Shown here: positions 19,271 through 29,712 of the stretch, piece by piece | Position numbering within the stretch: position 1 is the first letter of the stretch | Layout: every line of letters starts with the position of its first letter | Origin: Candidatus Latescibacterota bacterium | Lineage (GTDB): Bacteria > Latescibacterota > UBA2968 > GCA-2709665 | Length of the DNA: 64,000 nucleotides | Direction of reading: 5' to 3' | Assembly (NCBI GenBank): GCA_965219455.1 | Contig: OZ244744.1 | Coordinates: 1,888,001 to 1,952,000 of the forward strand | Position numbers and translations under genes: made by a program | Notes under the pieces: model-generated | Told to the model about the DNA's origin: nothing | Seen by the model: the letters and a program-made list of their open reading frames with translations, nothing else | Database searches by the model: none

Positions 19271-19285
19271 AATTTCCCCCTTGAC

Positions 19286-19491
19286 GGTTTACAATCTTTC
19301 ATATATATTGGAATTTTGTAAACCACTATTCGAACTCCTCATGCAGCAGTCGGTTTTGAGAATCGTAGCGGCACGATCCACAATATATTAGGTAGGACTG
19401 AAACTGAGTAACGAAATATTGGCTTCCGGTGCTCTCGGCGACTGCCGTTTCTGAAATTTACAATTTGATTGATTTTTCCACAATATATAAA
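19286..19491. promoter_or_regulatory. Candidate operators in the divergent promoter region
   Basis: Perfect inverted repeat GGTTTACAA-N21-TTGTAAACC (19286-19324); degenerate copy TTTACAA-N21-ATATAAA (19457-19491); TCCACAATATAT at 19377 and 19477. Confidence 0.55.
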
Positions 19492-19551
19492 TCAAATGAC
19501 CAGAAAGTCCACTGTCTTGGAAACTGACCACATAAATGAAAGGATTTTACA

Positions 19552-20799
19552 ATGAACCCCAAGGCAAATTCAATCCATCTCACCGAGCCATTGGATATCC
19601 TATTGGCCGATGTGGCAATTCGCGTCCAACTCAGCCGGTCCGACTACGATAGGGCCGTTGGCAGATACAATACCATAAACGAATGGATTGAGCGCGAGGA
19701 CAGTGCGCTCAAGGATAAAGTTCATTTGTTCTATCCGCAAGGATCAATGGCCGTCGGCGCAACAATCGCATCGAAACTCCAGACCGATGAATTCGACATT
19801 GACATTGTGGCACAACTCAATTTGCCCTCGCAAATATCGCCCAATATCCCGTTAGATCTCCTGTTCGAAGCGATAAAAGGAAAATCGGGCTCCCGTTACT
19901 ACGAGATGACAAAGAGAAGAACTCGATGCGTTACCGTTGATTACAGCGACGACATGCACATCGATGTTACACCATTAATTCGCAGACCGGGAACCCCTGA
20001 GCGTGAGAGCTGGCTCTTCCACGATCGGCCGGAAGAACCGGCAGTGCCGAGCAGGAAGCTTATCGCCAATCCGTATGGCTTTGCAGAGTGGTTTAACACC
20101 TATACACCTGCAGACCAGGATTTCGCCGATGTGTTCGAAAGACGTGCGGCCGATTTTGAGCAGTCGATACTGGCGGAAAGGGCAGATAGCGAACCTGTCC
20201 AGCCACAAGAACCGCCATTCAGAAAGTCGAAGGCGGTGATCGTTCTTCAACTCTTAAAGCGTTGGCGCAACGTACAATACGATGCGCGCCCGGGGCGACG
20301 ACCGCCTTCGATACTGATTGCGAAGTTGGTAGCCGATGCGGCTAATCATACCAAAAGCCTGTCGGAGGAGCTGCTCTTTCAGGCGAAGCACATACTTTAT
20401 GAGTTCCAACGTTGGCAAGACGGTGGGCAAAGTATCCGCATCGTAAACCCCGTGTGCGATAAGGATGTCTTGACTGATCGGTGGCCGGAAACTTTGAAAG
20501 ACCAAAACGTCTTCATTCGCGATCTCGAACATCTGGTTAAACAGATTGAGGTATTGGTCAAGGGAGTTGACCTTGGCAAAATGAGGGAGGTTATGGTGGG
20601 ACTGTTCGGCGAAACGCCAACGATGGATGCATTCCGGGCATTCAGTGAGCGGGTGGGCGATCGGATTCGAACGGGTGAGAGCCGACACCTGCCTGGGACC
20701 GGCCGGTTAGTCGTTCCAGTAAGCCTTTCGGATGCGACACACCGATACTCCCGAAAAACCCAAAGGCATACCTTTTATGGCGAAGAGGAGCCCATTTAA
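19552..20799 (+). CDS. CBASS cGAS/DncV-like nucleotidyltransferase (CD-NTase)
   Basis: YPQGS, DEFDID and HIDVTP catalytic motifs; ANP.GF..WF; C-terminal HTFYG-EEEPI. Confidence 0.92.
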   Translation: MNPKANSIHLTEPLDILLADVAIRVQLSRSDYDRAVGRYNTINEWIEREDSALKDKVHLFYPQGSMAVGATIASKLQTDEFDIDIVAQLNLPSQISPNIPLDLLFEAIKGKSGSRYYEMTKRRTRCVTVDYSDDMHIDVTPLIRRPGTPERESWLFHDRPEEPAVPSRKLIANPYGFAEWFNTYTPADQDFADVFERRAADFEQSILAERADSEPVQPQEPPFRKSKAVIVLQLLKRWRNVQYDARPGRRPPSILIAKLVADAANHTKSLSEELLFQAKHILYEFQRWQDGGQSIRIVNPVCDKDVLTDRWPETLKDQNVFIRDLEHLVKQIEVLVKGVDLGKMREVMVGLFGETPTMDAFRAFSERVGDRIRTGESRHLPGTGRLVVPVSLSDATHRYSRKTQRHTFYGEEEPI

Positions 20800-21252
20800 A
20801 TGGCGCTGTCGATTTGGCAACAAGCCCAAGACATGCGGCGATCATGGCCGGATTTTCGGGTACTCAAACGAGGCCATTGGAAAATATGCTGGGAAGGACG
20901 CCTCACACCATTCGAACAAGCTTATATTGTTCAGGTCTGCCTCCGTCGTCAACGAAAAAGTAAGGATGGACCTCTCAAAACGCCGGGAATTCCGTGCGTG
21001 ACCGTAGTTGAGCCGCTATTGCGCCGGCGTGACGATAATCCCCGCGAAAACATCCCGCACAAATTTCACAATCAAGAATGCCCTGAGATGCCCTTCCTCT
21101 GCCTTTATTATCCAGATGGTCGTGAATGGACCCCTCGACAATCAGTCGCCCATACAATCGTTCCCTGGACGATAGATTGGCTGGCCTGTTACGAGGGCTG
21201 GCTTGCAACCGGCAAATGGATGGGTGGTGGTCGCCATCCCGAAGGTAATTAG
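20800..21252 (+). CDS. Prokaryotic E2-like protein (E2-only CBASS)
   Basis: IPH, LCLYYP (candidate catalytic Cys) and IVPW..WL..YE.W..TGKW.GGG.HP; abuts the CD-NTase stop. Confidence 0.8.
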   Translation: MALSIWQQAQDMRRSWPDFRVLKRGHWKICWEGRLTPFEQAYIVQVCLRRQRKSKDGPLKTPGIPCVTVVEPLLRRRDDNPRENIPHKFHNQECPEMPFLCLYYPDGREWTPRQSVAHTIVPWTIDWLACYEGWLATGKWMGGGRHPEGN

Positions 21253-21260
21253 ATCCAATA

Positions 21261-22322
21261 ATGTCAAATATCAACGCGGAATCACCCGAAAAAAGATCAT
21301 CTGGCACGCTTGAGCACCGTCGGCTCCGACTTTCATGGCCGAAAGACAGGGAGTTTCGCATTCTTGCCATTGACGGGGGCGGTATTCGTGGAATCTTCCC
21401 CGCTACATTCCTGGCAGGACTTGAGGAACGCTATCTCGGCGGGGACTCAATCGCCGGATATTTCGACCTGGTCGCAGGAACCTCGACTGGTGGTATTATT
21501 GCCCTCGGGCTCGCCGCTGGACTTACAGCGGCCGACCTTCGAGACCTGTATGTTGAACGCGGATGTGAAATATTCCCTCCAATTCCAAACAACCCTGCTG
21601 GCTGGTTAGAACGCGCCCGTAGATACGTGGGCTGTCTCTTCAAATACCGCTACGACCGCGAAGCACTCATGCGAATTCTGAGCGACACTTTCGGAAGCCG
21701 AAAATTCGGTGAGGCGCAAACACGCCTTTGTATACCATCCTTCGACGGCCGATACGGTGAAGTCTACATATTCAAAACACCCCATCACCCCGATTTTAAA
21801 AATGACTCTGCTGAGTTAATGACGAAAGTTGCCGCAGCGACATCGGCCGCGCCTACATTCTTTCGACCATTAGAAGACCGCGGCTATGCGTTTGTTGACG
21901 GAGGGGTCTGGGCAAACAACCCGATTATGGTAGCGTTGGTTGACGCTTTATCGTGCTTTTCTGTGAGACGTGAGCAAATTCGCATTTTGAGTTTGGGCTG
22001 CGGGGATGACCAATATTTGGTCGGAAAATCGAAGATTAAAGGTGGGCTATGGGCTTGGCATGATATCATATATGCCGCCATGCGTCTCCAGTCTCTCAAC
22101 GCTCTTGGTCAGGCTGGACTTCTGATTGGCAGAGATAAGATTATCAGAGTTGATACGCCTATGCCTGCCAAGAAAATCCGTCTCGACGATTGGAGTGGTG
22201 CGGTGACCGTGCTGCCAGATGCTGCAAGAGCAGCCCTCGGCAAGTTTGGAGAGACAGTGGCATCGTCATTTCTGATGGAGCCCGCGGTCCCGTATCGACC
22301 AGTTGCACACGTGATCTCTTAA
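21261..22322 (+). CDS. capV: CBASS patatin-like phospholipase effector
   Basis: DGGGIRG, GTSTG and DGG patatin motifs; third gene of the CD-NTase operon. Confidence 0.88.
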   Translation: MSNINAESPEKRSSGTLEHRRLRLSWPKDREFRILAIDGGGIRGIFPATFLAGLEERYLGGDSIAGYFDLVAGTSTGGIIALGLAAGLTAADLRDLYVERGCEIFPPIPNNPAGWLERARRYVGCLFKYRYDREALMRILSDTFGSRKFGEAQTRLCIPSFDGRYGEVYIFKTPHHPDFKNDSAELMTKVAAATSAAPTFFRPLEDRGYAFVDGGVWANNPIMVALVDALSCFSVRREQIRILSLGCGDDQYLVGKSKIKGGLWAWHDIIYAAMRLQSLNALGQAGLLIGRDKIIRVDTPMPAKKIRLDDWSGAVTVLPDAARAALGKFGETVASSFLMEPAVPYRPVAHVIS

Positions 22323-22351
22323 TGGGCCAGTTCAGTCTCCATGTTGATACA

Positions 22352-25300
22352 TCAAGAAGCATTTCTTGATGCTTGATCTCCAAAAATCCTCAACTGTTGA
22401 CCTTGCGTGAGTTCCCTTGACAATCGCGCAATTTCCGGCCAGCTTTGTACGAGGCCATTGTAGGAGCGGGCTTCATCGGCGCGGTTCTTGCGCTCGCAGA
22501 CAGTGTAGAGCCGATATGCTAATTCACGGGCTGTCTCCGCGAGACCTCCGAGTTGCCGAACCAGCGTTGCGGCGGCGGATTCGCCGCCAGATTCAAGAGC
22601 GTGGACCAGGTAGTGGACCGCCTCCCACACGGTTAACCGTGCGTCGCTGGTTGGATCCCAATCGCCAGCCATCTCATTAGGACGTAGCAGCCGTACCTTG
22701 CCCCCACTGGAGGCGAGAATACCGGCTTCAACGATGCCGTCAATGCTGGTATTTTTCGCCTTGGAAAGGGTCTCCGCCACGCCGTACTCGCCCTCGCCAA
22801 AGCCCTGCTGCTCGAACCACGCCAGTGCCCACCGCGTGTCGGCGTCGAATTCGCCCTCCTGCTCGGCAAGGACCTCGTCGAGTGTCTGATTAATTAACGC
22901 CAAGGCGTCGCCTACGGATACGGGATTGCCCTGTGCGTCGAGTACTCTTGCGTATCGGGTGAACACAGCCATACCGGGTCCGATAGCGGCCTGCGCGAGA
23001 TCGACCGGCGCAATGTTGCCGGATTGGAGTGCGGCTAGAGCACCGGGAAGTTCATTTCTCAAAGCGGCGACGAACTCGCGTCGGGTGGCTAGCGACGCGC
23101 TCTCGGGACGCTTACGGCAGACCAAGACGATGCTGGACGCGAGCGCATTCGTGCCCATTCCGACCATCCGCCGACCCAACTCGGTACGCATCGGCCAGGT
23201 GCCGGTTACGGAGAAGCCTGACTTAATTACCGCGTCCAGGAAAGTCTCCCAGCCGGTGCTGGAAGTCCCGGCTTCACCTTTGGTCTCGGACTGCTTGAAA
23301 GCGTAGTAGATGGTGACTGGAAAGGCCGGACGCGACCGCTCGGCAATGCGGCGCATTGCTTCCGTCATCCCGGCGAGATAAAATTTCTCTGCCTCTTCCT
23401 TGTTCCCATGCCGGTATGGGGTAGCGACCAATTCTTCGGCTTTCGGTACAGCGAGCGTGGCGAACAGGTCGGGATAGATTGAGCGTACCGCGCGGCGCAA
23501 CCAGACGTAAAAGAAGTCGGAGAGATCGGCGTAACCAACATTGTCGTAATAGGGTGGGTCAGTGGAAAAAACTCTTGCAAGCGCAACGCCATGCGATTGG
23601 GCGTCGATTTGTGCCGCGCTACCGGGAACTGTTGGCGCGACTGAAGACAGACCGGAAGTGATCGACACAATGCCACCGTCAAAGTTGCCACTTGAATCTG
23701 AGAGTGGATTGCTTTCCCCGAAATCCCACACCATCGGGATGGCTTGTCTACCGAATGTATTGCGGGCATGCTCACGGAGTGTTGCCCAAGCGCACACCGT
23801 TGAGTTCCGATCTGAAACTTTATCCACGGCGAATGCCAAATACACACCCACCGCCTCCGCGTAAGCCGTTGCGCGGTCACCCCCGTCACGCAGGGGAATA
23901 TCATTATCCGGGGCTGCGGGTGTCATCACCCTTCTAGAATTTTCAGGGAGCGACGCGTCCCCGTAATCGCGTTTAACGCGCTCCATTGCCCTCGCGACGA
24001 GGTCGGAGAAGGTGGTCAGAGCTACGAGTTGGCGGGGGGTAAATAGATCGCGCCATTTTTTCATACCGTACTGCTGAACGCGAAAACCCAGTGCCCGTTC
24101 AGGAAGGTCAGTTTCAGGGGTGTTCTCCGGCGCAGCGCTCAAGGCTATTGCTTCGTGATCTTCAGTCGGTGCGATGTAAACCCGGCCGCGGTCGCCCTCC
24201 GCGACTATCGCCATCAGTTTTTCACCCATTCGACCTTGCTTGGCTTCGGTCCTCAGATAATCGAATGGCATTGGAGTCCCTGACATCAGACAAAGAAAAG
24301 AGCTACCGCTTCCTCCTGATTTGGTGCCCCGCTTTGTCGATTCCGCATCGTTTGGAATCCCCACATTAACCGTAAATCGATATCCCTGTCCTTCGATTGC
24401 CGGTTCGACATACGCCTCCTTCCCCATCTTCGTCGACAACATGAAGGTCGTAGCTAGCGGAACATCCACATCGGCGAATGCCGGGTTTGGACTCTTCACG
24501 GTGCGCGCCCACAGCCACGCGATCACTGTCAACTTCCGGCCCTCATACTGTTTGAGGTCAGGCCGTTCCCGGACCATCTCCGCAGTGACTTCGATCTTGG
24601 GATAGAGATGCCCGATGCGCTTCTCAGCCTCCTCGCGCATCCACCGGCCGTAATAGCGTACGTCCTCTGCGAGGCCCTGAGCGCCAGACCACAATCCTGG
24701 GAGCGCGGACGTCCCGTCCGCATGCCTCTTTCTTACTCCGTCAAGCTCCGTCCCGTCCGCATGATCCTCTGGAACTCCCGCAAGTTCCGCTCCTTCCACA
24801 TTCCTTGCCGCGCTGCTCCAGGGCCATTCGTTTGCCTTCTCGGCAAGTCCCGCTTTCACGGGATTCTGCTCAATGTAGTCTACCACAGTTGATAGATGAT
24901 TTTCATCGCGGATATAACGGTCGAAGTAGTCCTCTTCCCAGACCTGGCCGCTCCGGCCAAGTATTTTGTTAACTTGCTTGGCTGTAAACGATTTCCACGA
25001 ATGAACGACGGCCTCAAGTGGAAAGCCGGGAGTCGTTTCGATCAGCGCATGCACGTGATTGGGCATGATGACCCACGACAGCAAGCGGTAGCGTACGCCG
25101 TCAAAGTGAAGTAGGGCGTCTTCGACTTGAACCGCTATCCGCTCATCTCTTAGCCAGCAGGCTCCATGTCCCTGTCCAGCGTATCGTTCAATTCTCTCAC
25201 GCAACTCCGCGCATCTGGGATCGCTCGTGGCCTCCCTGCCTTTGAGCGCCAATTCGCTCTTCCATGCGGCAATGACATCTGCCGGGACTGAATCAGCAAG

Positions 25301-26014
25301 GCGAAACGTGATGGACTGAATGATGTCAGGTTGATCCAGATGGGGAAGATATCCGCGGCTGTGCCAGGCCTTGTGCGGGCGGGACGCCCGCGCTCCCAGC
25401 AAGGGCTTTTTCGAATGGGATGTACCTGTGCCGAGATACTTGGCCCGGGCTTCCGGGTTGACGGGTGGCCTGCCGGCGAATCTGGGCGGTATTTCGATCA
25501 TGGCCTTATTGATGAGCACAGCCACAGGGTTGAGGTCGCTGGCATGGGCTTCGAGCCCCAGCCGCTGGGCTTCCAGCGGCAGTGCGCCGCCCCCGGCGAA
25601 GGGGTCGTGAAAAGCCGGAAGCTTGTCCGGGTTGAACAGCTCGGTGGCGCGCGGATGTTCCGTATTTTCGGCGCAGGTACGACGCCAGGACTTGCGGATT
25701 TCCGCTCGCGCCTTTTCAAGCACCTGCTCGTTTGTTGTGTTCTTCCAAATCACCAAATCCTTGATGATGTCGAATAGGCGCTCACGTTCCTCTTTCTGAT
25801 CTGCTTGAGTGGGAAACTCCTCAGGCCACGCTGACGGATCGTCCACCATCTGAGCGAATATAACAGCCCGCGCTGCCGCCAGCGGGCGCCGCGCCCACCA
25901 GAGGTGGAGGGTACTGGGGTGCCCATGGCGGATCGACTTTTCACGAGCCGACGCGGCATTAATCGCGTCAAGGGGAAGGGCGACTTCGATGAGTTTTTTT
26001 CGGTGGGTATTCAT
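22352..26014 (-). CDS. DUF1156 adenine-specific DNA methyltransferase with in-frame RAYT insertion
   Basis: [18 protein letters not shown] and TDPPYY motifs; 1220 aa including a Y1 transposase domain at about aa 206-440. Confidence 0.92.
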   Translation of the reverse strand: MNTHRKKLIEVALPLDAINAASAREKSIRHGHPSTLHLWWARRPLAAARAVIFAQMVDDPSAWPEEFPTQADQKEERERLFDIIKDLVIWKNTTNEQVLEKARAEIRKSWRRTCAENTEHPRATELFNPDKLPAFHDPFAGGGALPLEAQRLGLEAHASDLNPVAVLINKAMIEIPPRFAGRPPVNPEARAKYLGTGTSHSKKPLLGARASRPHKAWHSRGYLPHLDQPDIIQSITFRLADSVPADVIAAWKSELALKGREATSDPRCAELRERIERYAGQGHGACWLRDERIAVQVEDALLHFDGVRYRLLSWVIMPNHVHALIETTPGFPLEAVVHSWKSFTAKQVNKILGRSGQVWEEDYFDRYIRDENHLSTVVDYIEQNPVKAGLAEKANEWPWSSAARNVEGAELAGVPEDHADGTELDGVRKRHADGTSALPGLWSGAQGLAEDVRYYGRWMREEAEKRIGHLYPKIEVTAEMVRERPDLKQYEGRKLTVIAWLWARTVKSPNPAFADVDVPLATTFMLSTKMGKEAYVEPAIEGQGYRFTVNVGIPNDAESTKRGTKSGGSGSSFLCLMSGTPMPFDYLRTEAKQGRMGEKLMAIVAEGDRGRVYIAPTEDHEAIALSAAPENTPETDLPERALGFRVQQYGMKKWRDLFTPRQLVALTTFSDLVARAMERVKRDYGDASLPENSRRVMTPAAPDNDIPLRDGGDRATAYAEAVGVYLAFAVDKVSDRNSTVCAWATLREHARNTFGRQAIPMVWDFGESNPLSDSSGNFDGGIVSITSGLSSVAPTVPGSAAQIDAQSHGVALARVFSTDPPYYDNVGYADLSDFFYVWLRRAVRSIYPDLFATLAVPKAEELVATPYRHGNKEEAEKFYLAGMTEAMRRIAERSRPAFPVTIYYAFKQSETKGEAGTSSTGWETFLDAVIKSGFSVTGTWPMRTELGRRMVGMGTNALASSIVLVCRKRPESASLATRREFVAALRNELPGALAALQSGNIAPVDLAQAAIGPGMAVFTRYARVLDAQGNPVSVGDALALINQTLDEVLAEQEGEFDADTRWALAWFEQQGFGEGEYGVAETLSKAKNTSIDGIVEAGILASSGGKVRLLRPNEMAGDWDPTSDARLTVWEAVHYLVHALESGGESAAATLVRQLGGLAETARELAYRLYTVCERKNRADEARSYNGLVQSWPEIARLSRELTQGQQLRIFGDQASRNAS
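24697..25399 (-). mobile_element. REP-flanked RAYT (Y1 HUH transposase) module inside the methyltransferase
   Basis: RGYLPH, ITFRL.DS, MPNHVH, W..DYFDR.IR and [10 protein letters not shown] motifs; bounded by inverted 26-nt palindromic repeats (24697-24722 and 25374-25399, 24/26 identical). Confidence 0.88.
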
Positions 26015-26496
26015 TTAGCGCTCGAACTCCGCAGAAGAGAAATATTCAAAGGGGTTCCGCATCGGATGAGTTTGATTTCGTATTCTTTCCTCCGAAACGA
26101 GATTCGAGACTTTCTGAGCTTATCCCTTTGCGTAATATGCAAACGGCCTCCATAGGCCCCAACCGGAAGGAAATGCGTCTTGTGTTCGTCCGGAATCCGA
26201 GCTTCGGCGACGCCGGATCCAGCCTGTAGCTGGGTTGCCATTTCTGTTGCATCCGGGCTGCCACGTTTTAATTCCAGCGGTACAACCCAGTTGCCCCCAC
26301 CATTGCAGTCGCAACTGATGAACAGAAAATCGCAATGTGTCTTATCCTTCAGGTCGAAATAAGGGTGATCCAAATCCATAACCAGATGCGGCGACGGGGC
26401 GTTTTTCAACGGAACCTTGCAACCCTCTTTCGAGCATCTCTTAACGATGGTCCCTTCAGGAAGTCCATTTTTCAGCTGTTCGACTAAGCCACACAT
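26011..26496 (-). CDS. PD-(D/E)XK-like nuclease partner of an ABC ATPase
   Basis: HCDFLF..VPLELK motif; overlaps both neighbours. Confidence 0.6.
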   Translation of the reverse strand: MCGLVEQLKNGLPEGTIVKRCSKEGCKVPLKNAPSPHLVMDLDHPYFDLKDKTHCDFLFISCDCNGGGNWVVPLELKRGSPDATEMATQLQAGSGVAEARIPDEHKTHFLPVGAYGGRLHITQRDKLRKSRISFRRKEYEIKLIRCGTPLNISLLRSSSAK

Positions 26497-28037
26497 TACT
26501 CGGTACTACCTGCAATACGGTTACCGATCGTCGCCCAATCATTGTAGAGTTGTCGGCCAACTTCGCTGAAATCACTCTCAAGCCCACCTGCATCAGGATC
26601 GAATCGAATTTCTTCGACGACCGATCCCTTCGGGCGGCGCTTCTGCTTGAACAACCATGCCCCCACCTGCTCGGGACGAAGGGCAAATTCGCCGTGGGGC
26701 ATCTCCTTTCGACGGGACTCGGGAAGTTCGGAGCGTCGCACGATGTTGGCGAGTTCCTCCAAAACCCACTCGCTGTGCGTCGTGACGATTACATTGACGC
26801 CCGCCTTAACAAGCGCGGCGATCTGACGGGTAAATTCGACCTGCATGGCAGGGTGCAGGTGTGACTCGGGTTCTTCGATAATGAGCGTGCAGCCGGGGCT
26901 GACCAGATGGCGAAGAAACATCACTACCGGTGCGATTTCCGATACCATGGAAGAGGCATTCATCAACGGCATCGGATGTTTCCATCCCGATGGCTGGTAG
27001 GTGAAGTGCGGGTAGCTGATCAACTCCGATCTTTCGACCTGAATCGATCCGCCGAGAATCAGATCTTCAATTCGCGCACCCAGATGTTTCCTGGACGTGC
27101 TTTGACGAATTGCCGCGCTGGGCAATACGAGCAAGTTTTGCAGAAAATCACCCAAAACACCCGACAGCATTGGAGTTTCTTCATTGGGACGCAGACCGGC
27201 AGTTGTAGCGTTCTGGATCAACGCACTCACCACCACCTGATGGCTATTCATCACGCCGGTTCGATCGGCGGGGAGATAGAATGCCGCGCGATAAAGGGAA
27301 CCTACAAGGTGCGGAAGAGCGAGTCCAAGCAAATGATTGATTGGCCCCAAGGCTTGTCGATACGAATCCTGGCCCATTTGATCAGCTCTCAAGAACGTAT
27401 TCTTCAGGCGGTCGTAGTACTCAACGAACTCTTTCCTATCGTCGAGTTTAACCCTCAGTTGTTCCACATTAGGCATCGCCGTCACGAATTCTGGTGCATT
27501 GGACTTCAGAATCAGTTCGTGTTCAAACGATGCCGAATCCCTTGAAGTAGATTTCCGTAATACAATCCGCGCACATCGCCTGTTCCCTTTCCGGATAAGT
27601 GCGCTGGCACTGTCGATCCCAAAGCACCTTTCGATTTCACTGTGGAGTTGATCGTTCTGTAACTCAAACATTGAGCAAATTGCCTTGACAATAGGGATGG
27701 GAAGAACAGCTTCTTTTTCGCTCCGGATATCTCCTATCCCGTTCGTCACTTGCTTCAGAAATTCGTTAAGCGCGTTGAGAGTTTCCCTGTCTACAAAGCT
27801 TGGACCGAGATTAAGAAGCCTCTCATAGTTCAAGAAGAACCGCGAAGTGGTCGATCTACCCGTAAAATACACATGCAGCGCATAGATCAACGTTGCCAGA
27901 TAAGATTTCCCAGTATTGCTCGGTCCAATGAATACCGTCAACGGGCGCAGATCGATTTTGGCATTGACGATCGGTCCGAAATCAGCGACTTCGAGTTCAA
28001 GCGAGTCTCGTATGGTTGAATCTTCCATAACTTCCAT
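26496..28037 (-). CDS. ABC-type ATPase (AAA_15-like)
   Basis: FGPI, Walker A GPSNTGKS, ASSMV signature, IIEEPESHLHP, TTHS. Confidence 0.9.
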   Translation of the reverse strand: MEVMEDSTIRDSLELEVADFGPIVNAKIDLRPLTVFIGPSNTGKSYLATLIYALHVYFTGRSTTSRFFLNYERLLNLGPSFVDRETLNALNEFLKQVTNGIGDIRSEKEAVLPIPIVKAICSMFELQNDQLHSEIERCFGIDSASALIRKGNRRCARIVLRKSTSRDSASFEHELILKSNAPEFVTAMPNVEQLRVKLDDRKEFVEYYDRLKNTFLRADQMGQDSYRQALGPINHLLGLALPHLVGSLYRAAFYLPADRTGVMNSHQVVVSALIQNATTAGLRPNEETPMLSGVLGDFLQNLLVLPSAAIRQSTSRKHLGARIEDLILGGSIQVERSELISYPHFTYQPSGWKHPMPLMNASSMVSEIAPVVMFLRHLVSPGCTLIIEEPESHLHPAMQVEFTRQIAALVKAGVNVIVTTHSEWVLEELANIVRRSELPESRRKEMPHGEFALRPEQVGAWLFKQKRRPKGSVVEEIRFDPDAGGLESDFSEVGRQLYNDWATIGNRIAGSTE

Positions 28038-28088
28038 CTCCGGTCTGACGACTCACGAGGGCGCTTCTTACGGCCGTTACATTGGGAA

Positions 28089-28537
28089 TCAATTCTCAAC
28101 CCACTCCAATCGCACTTTCAGGTTGTTCAGCCGATTCCAGGGGAGGTGCCATACATGCAGGAGGCTTCCGACGACGATGCCGGGCGCTATGCTCTGCTTA
28201 TTGGCAATGCAGCGTACCTCCGCCATCGCGAATGCGCCTTCGGCGCCGCTACCGGCTACGCTTCCCTGGCCCCGGCTTGTCGGATCTGGTGCAACTGATA
28301 GTCCTTCTCAATATCCAACCAGATATCCGCATCGACCCCCAGCACCCTTTCGAACTGAAGCGCCGTCTTCGGCTCTATGGGGGCTTTCCCCGAGATTATC
28401 TCGCCGATGAGTTTCGCCGAGCGATCGCATCGTCTTGCGAACTCCGCGCGCGAAATATCCTGGGCCGAAAGTCTTTCCGCCAGGACCCAACCAGGGGGAA
28501 CCGCATAGTCGGGGCGGTACTGGTTCGTCGCCATCAC
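28089..28537 (-). pseudogene. HigA-type HTH-ImmA fusion with internal deletion
   Basis: 28256..28537 encodes a HigA-like HTH (PDYAVPPG). Immediately after, in another frame, IAPGIVVG..H..LPW..N.LK.R.EW resembles the C-terminus of HTH-ImmA proteins; the HExxH region is absent. Confidence 0.6.
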
Positions 28538-28792
28538 TTCGTCTCCGCCTGCGAGGATAGCAAGCCTGTGTCAGGCAGGCTATCCTCATCGTCAATTCAG
28601 ATCTTGCTTCGATCTCTCCTCAGGATATATCAGATGAACTAAGACGGAAAAAATCTTCGACTCGGACGCGTAGATCGCGAAACCCGTGACTCAGTTCGTC
28701 AGACGCATGGAGACCAACGCGTTCGTTGATGGGTTTGCCTCGGCGCGGGTACTAAGAGATCGGTGAGCTCGATGCGCGCATTGTGAATGCCG

Positions 28793-29347
28793 TCATTGGC
28801 ACGCTGCCAGAAGTCTCGAATTTGCGGTTAACACTTCTATGCCTCCCGTCCTGAAGTCGCCGTCGTTCGTAATCAGTTTCCAGCCATTGTGACGACAGGT
28901 TTCAGCCAGCAATCCGTCATTGAAATCAGTCACTCCCGCTGTAAAATCTGCCAGCACCTGCTTGATATTGGCCGTGGCAAACGGATGATCGTGGCGCACA
29001 CAGAGCTTGAGCATGGACGTTGCAAAGGATGCCGCACCTTTGCCGACCCCGCTGAAGGCCGCCGATTTGCGAAATGTCTTGAAATCGGGATACCGGGTCA
29101 GGTGTAGAACCTTCCATTCAATGCGACAATAGGTATTCAAGTACTCACTTAAGACCAAAGCGTCCATGATCAACCGCGAACCTACGGATCGAATGGACTT
29201 TAATCCGTTACTATATTTCTGGGTGAACGTGCTCCTGTACCCCGATGGCGGTGGATACAAATAGAGCCAAACGTTCGCATCAAGCAAGAACGTCTCGCCT
29301 CTGCTAAACGGATATGCAGCCAAGTCATACGCCTTATTCTTCTTCAT
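28793..29347 (-). CDS. PIN-domain ribonuclease
   Basis: LLDANVW, VLSEY, DFND and ITNDGDF acidic PIN tetrad. Confidence 0.88.
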   Translation of the reverse strand: MKKNKAYDLAAYPFSRGETFLLDANVWLYLYPPPSGYRSTFTQKYSNGLKSIRSVGSRLIMDALVLSEYLNTYCRIEWKVLHLTRYPDFKTFRKSAAFSGVGKGAASFATSMLKLCVRHDHPFATANIKQVLADFTAGVTDFNDGLLAETCRHNGWKLITNDGDFRTGGIEVLTANSRLLAACQ

Positions 29348-29693
29348 CGCCTAGTTCCTCACGCCACACGCGATCGAAATCATCGGGGGTTTTAAAGTAC
29401 ACTTTTGCATTTTCAATTACACGTTCCAGCATCTCCCGGTCGTCATCTGCCAAATCGCGAAACGAGAGCAACGCACGGATGCTTTCCTCGGGTAACTCGC
29501 CGTAAAGCTGACCCACTGCCGCGTTGAGAAAAGCCGAGATGAGAATCTCTATCCGTTCGAAGGATAGAACCACCGGCGACTCCGCCTTCAAGAGTGGAGC
29601 AATCTTGTCGTACAGACGTTGGCCGTCGCTGGTAGATACGCACAGGGGACCACCAATGATGTCAAATACTCGAACTGTAATTTCTCGCGTCAT
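29334..29693 (-). CDS. STAS-like protein (DUF4325)
   Basis: DGQ.LY..I and VVLSF..I...SAFLNAAVGQLY patterns; GAGG RBS before ATG 29693. Confidence 0.8.
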   Translation of the reverse strand: MTREITVRVFDIIGGPLCVSTSDGQRLYDKIAPLLKAESPVVLSFERIEILISAFLNAAVGQLYGELPEESIRALLSFRDLADDDREMLERVIENAKVYFKTPDDFDRVWREELGDEEE

Positions 29694-29712
29694 GCTTGTC
29701 CTCTTTCCAAAT

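Noticed and set aside
24697-25399. Methyltransferase insert as an intein
   Set aside because: No Cys/Ser start or His-Asn end; the motifs are those of an HUH Y1 transposase.
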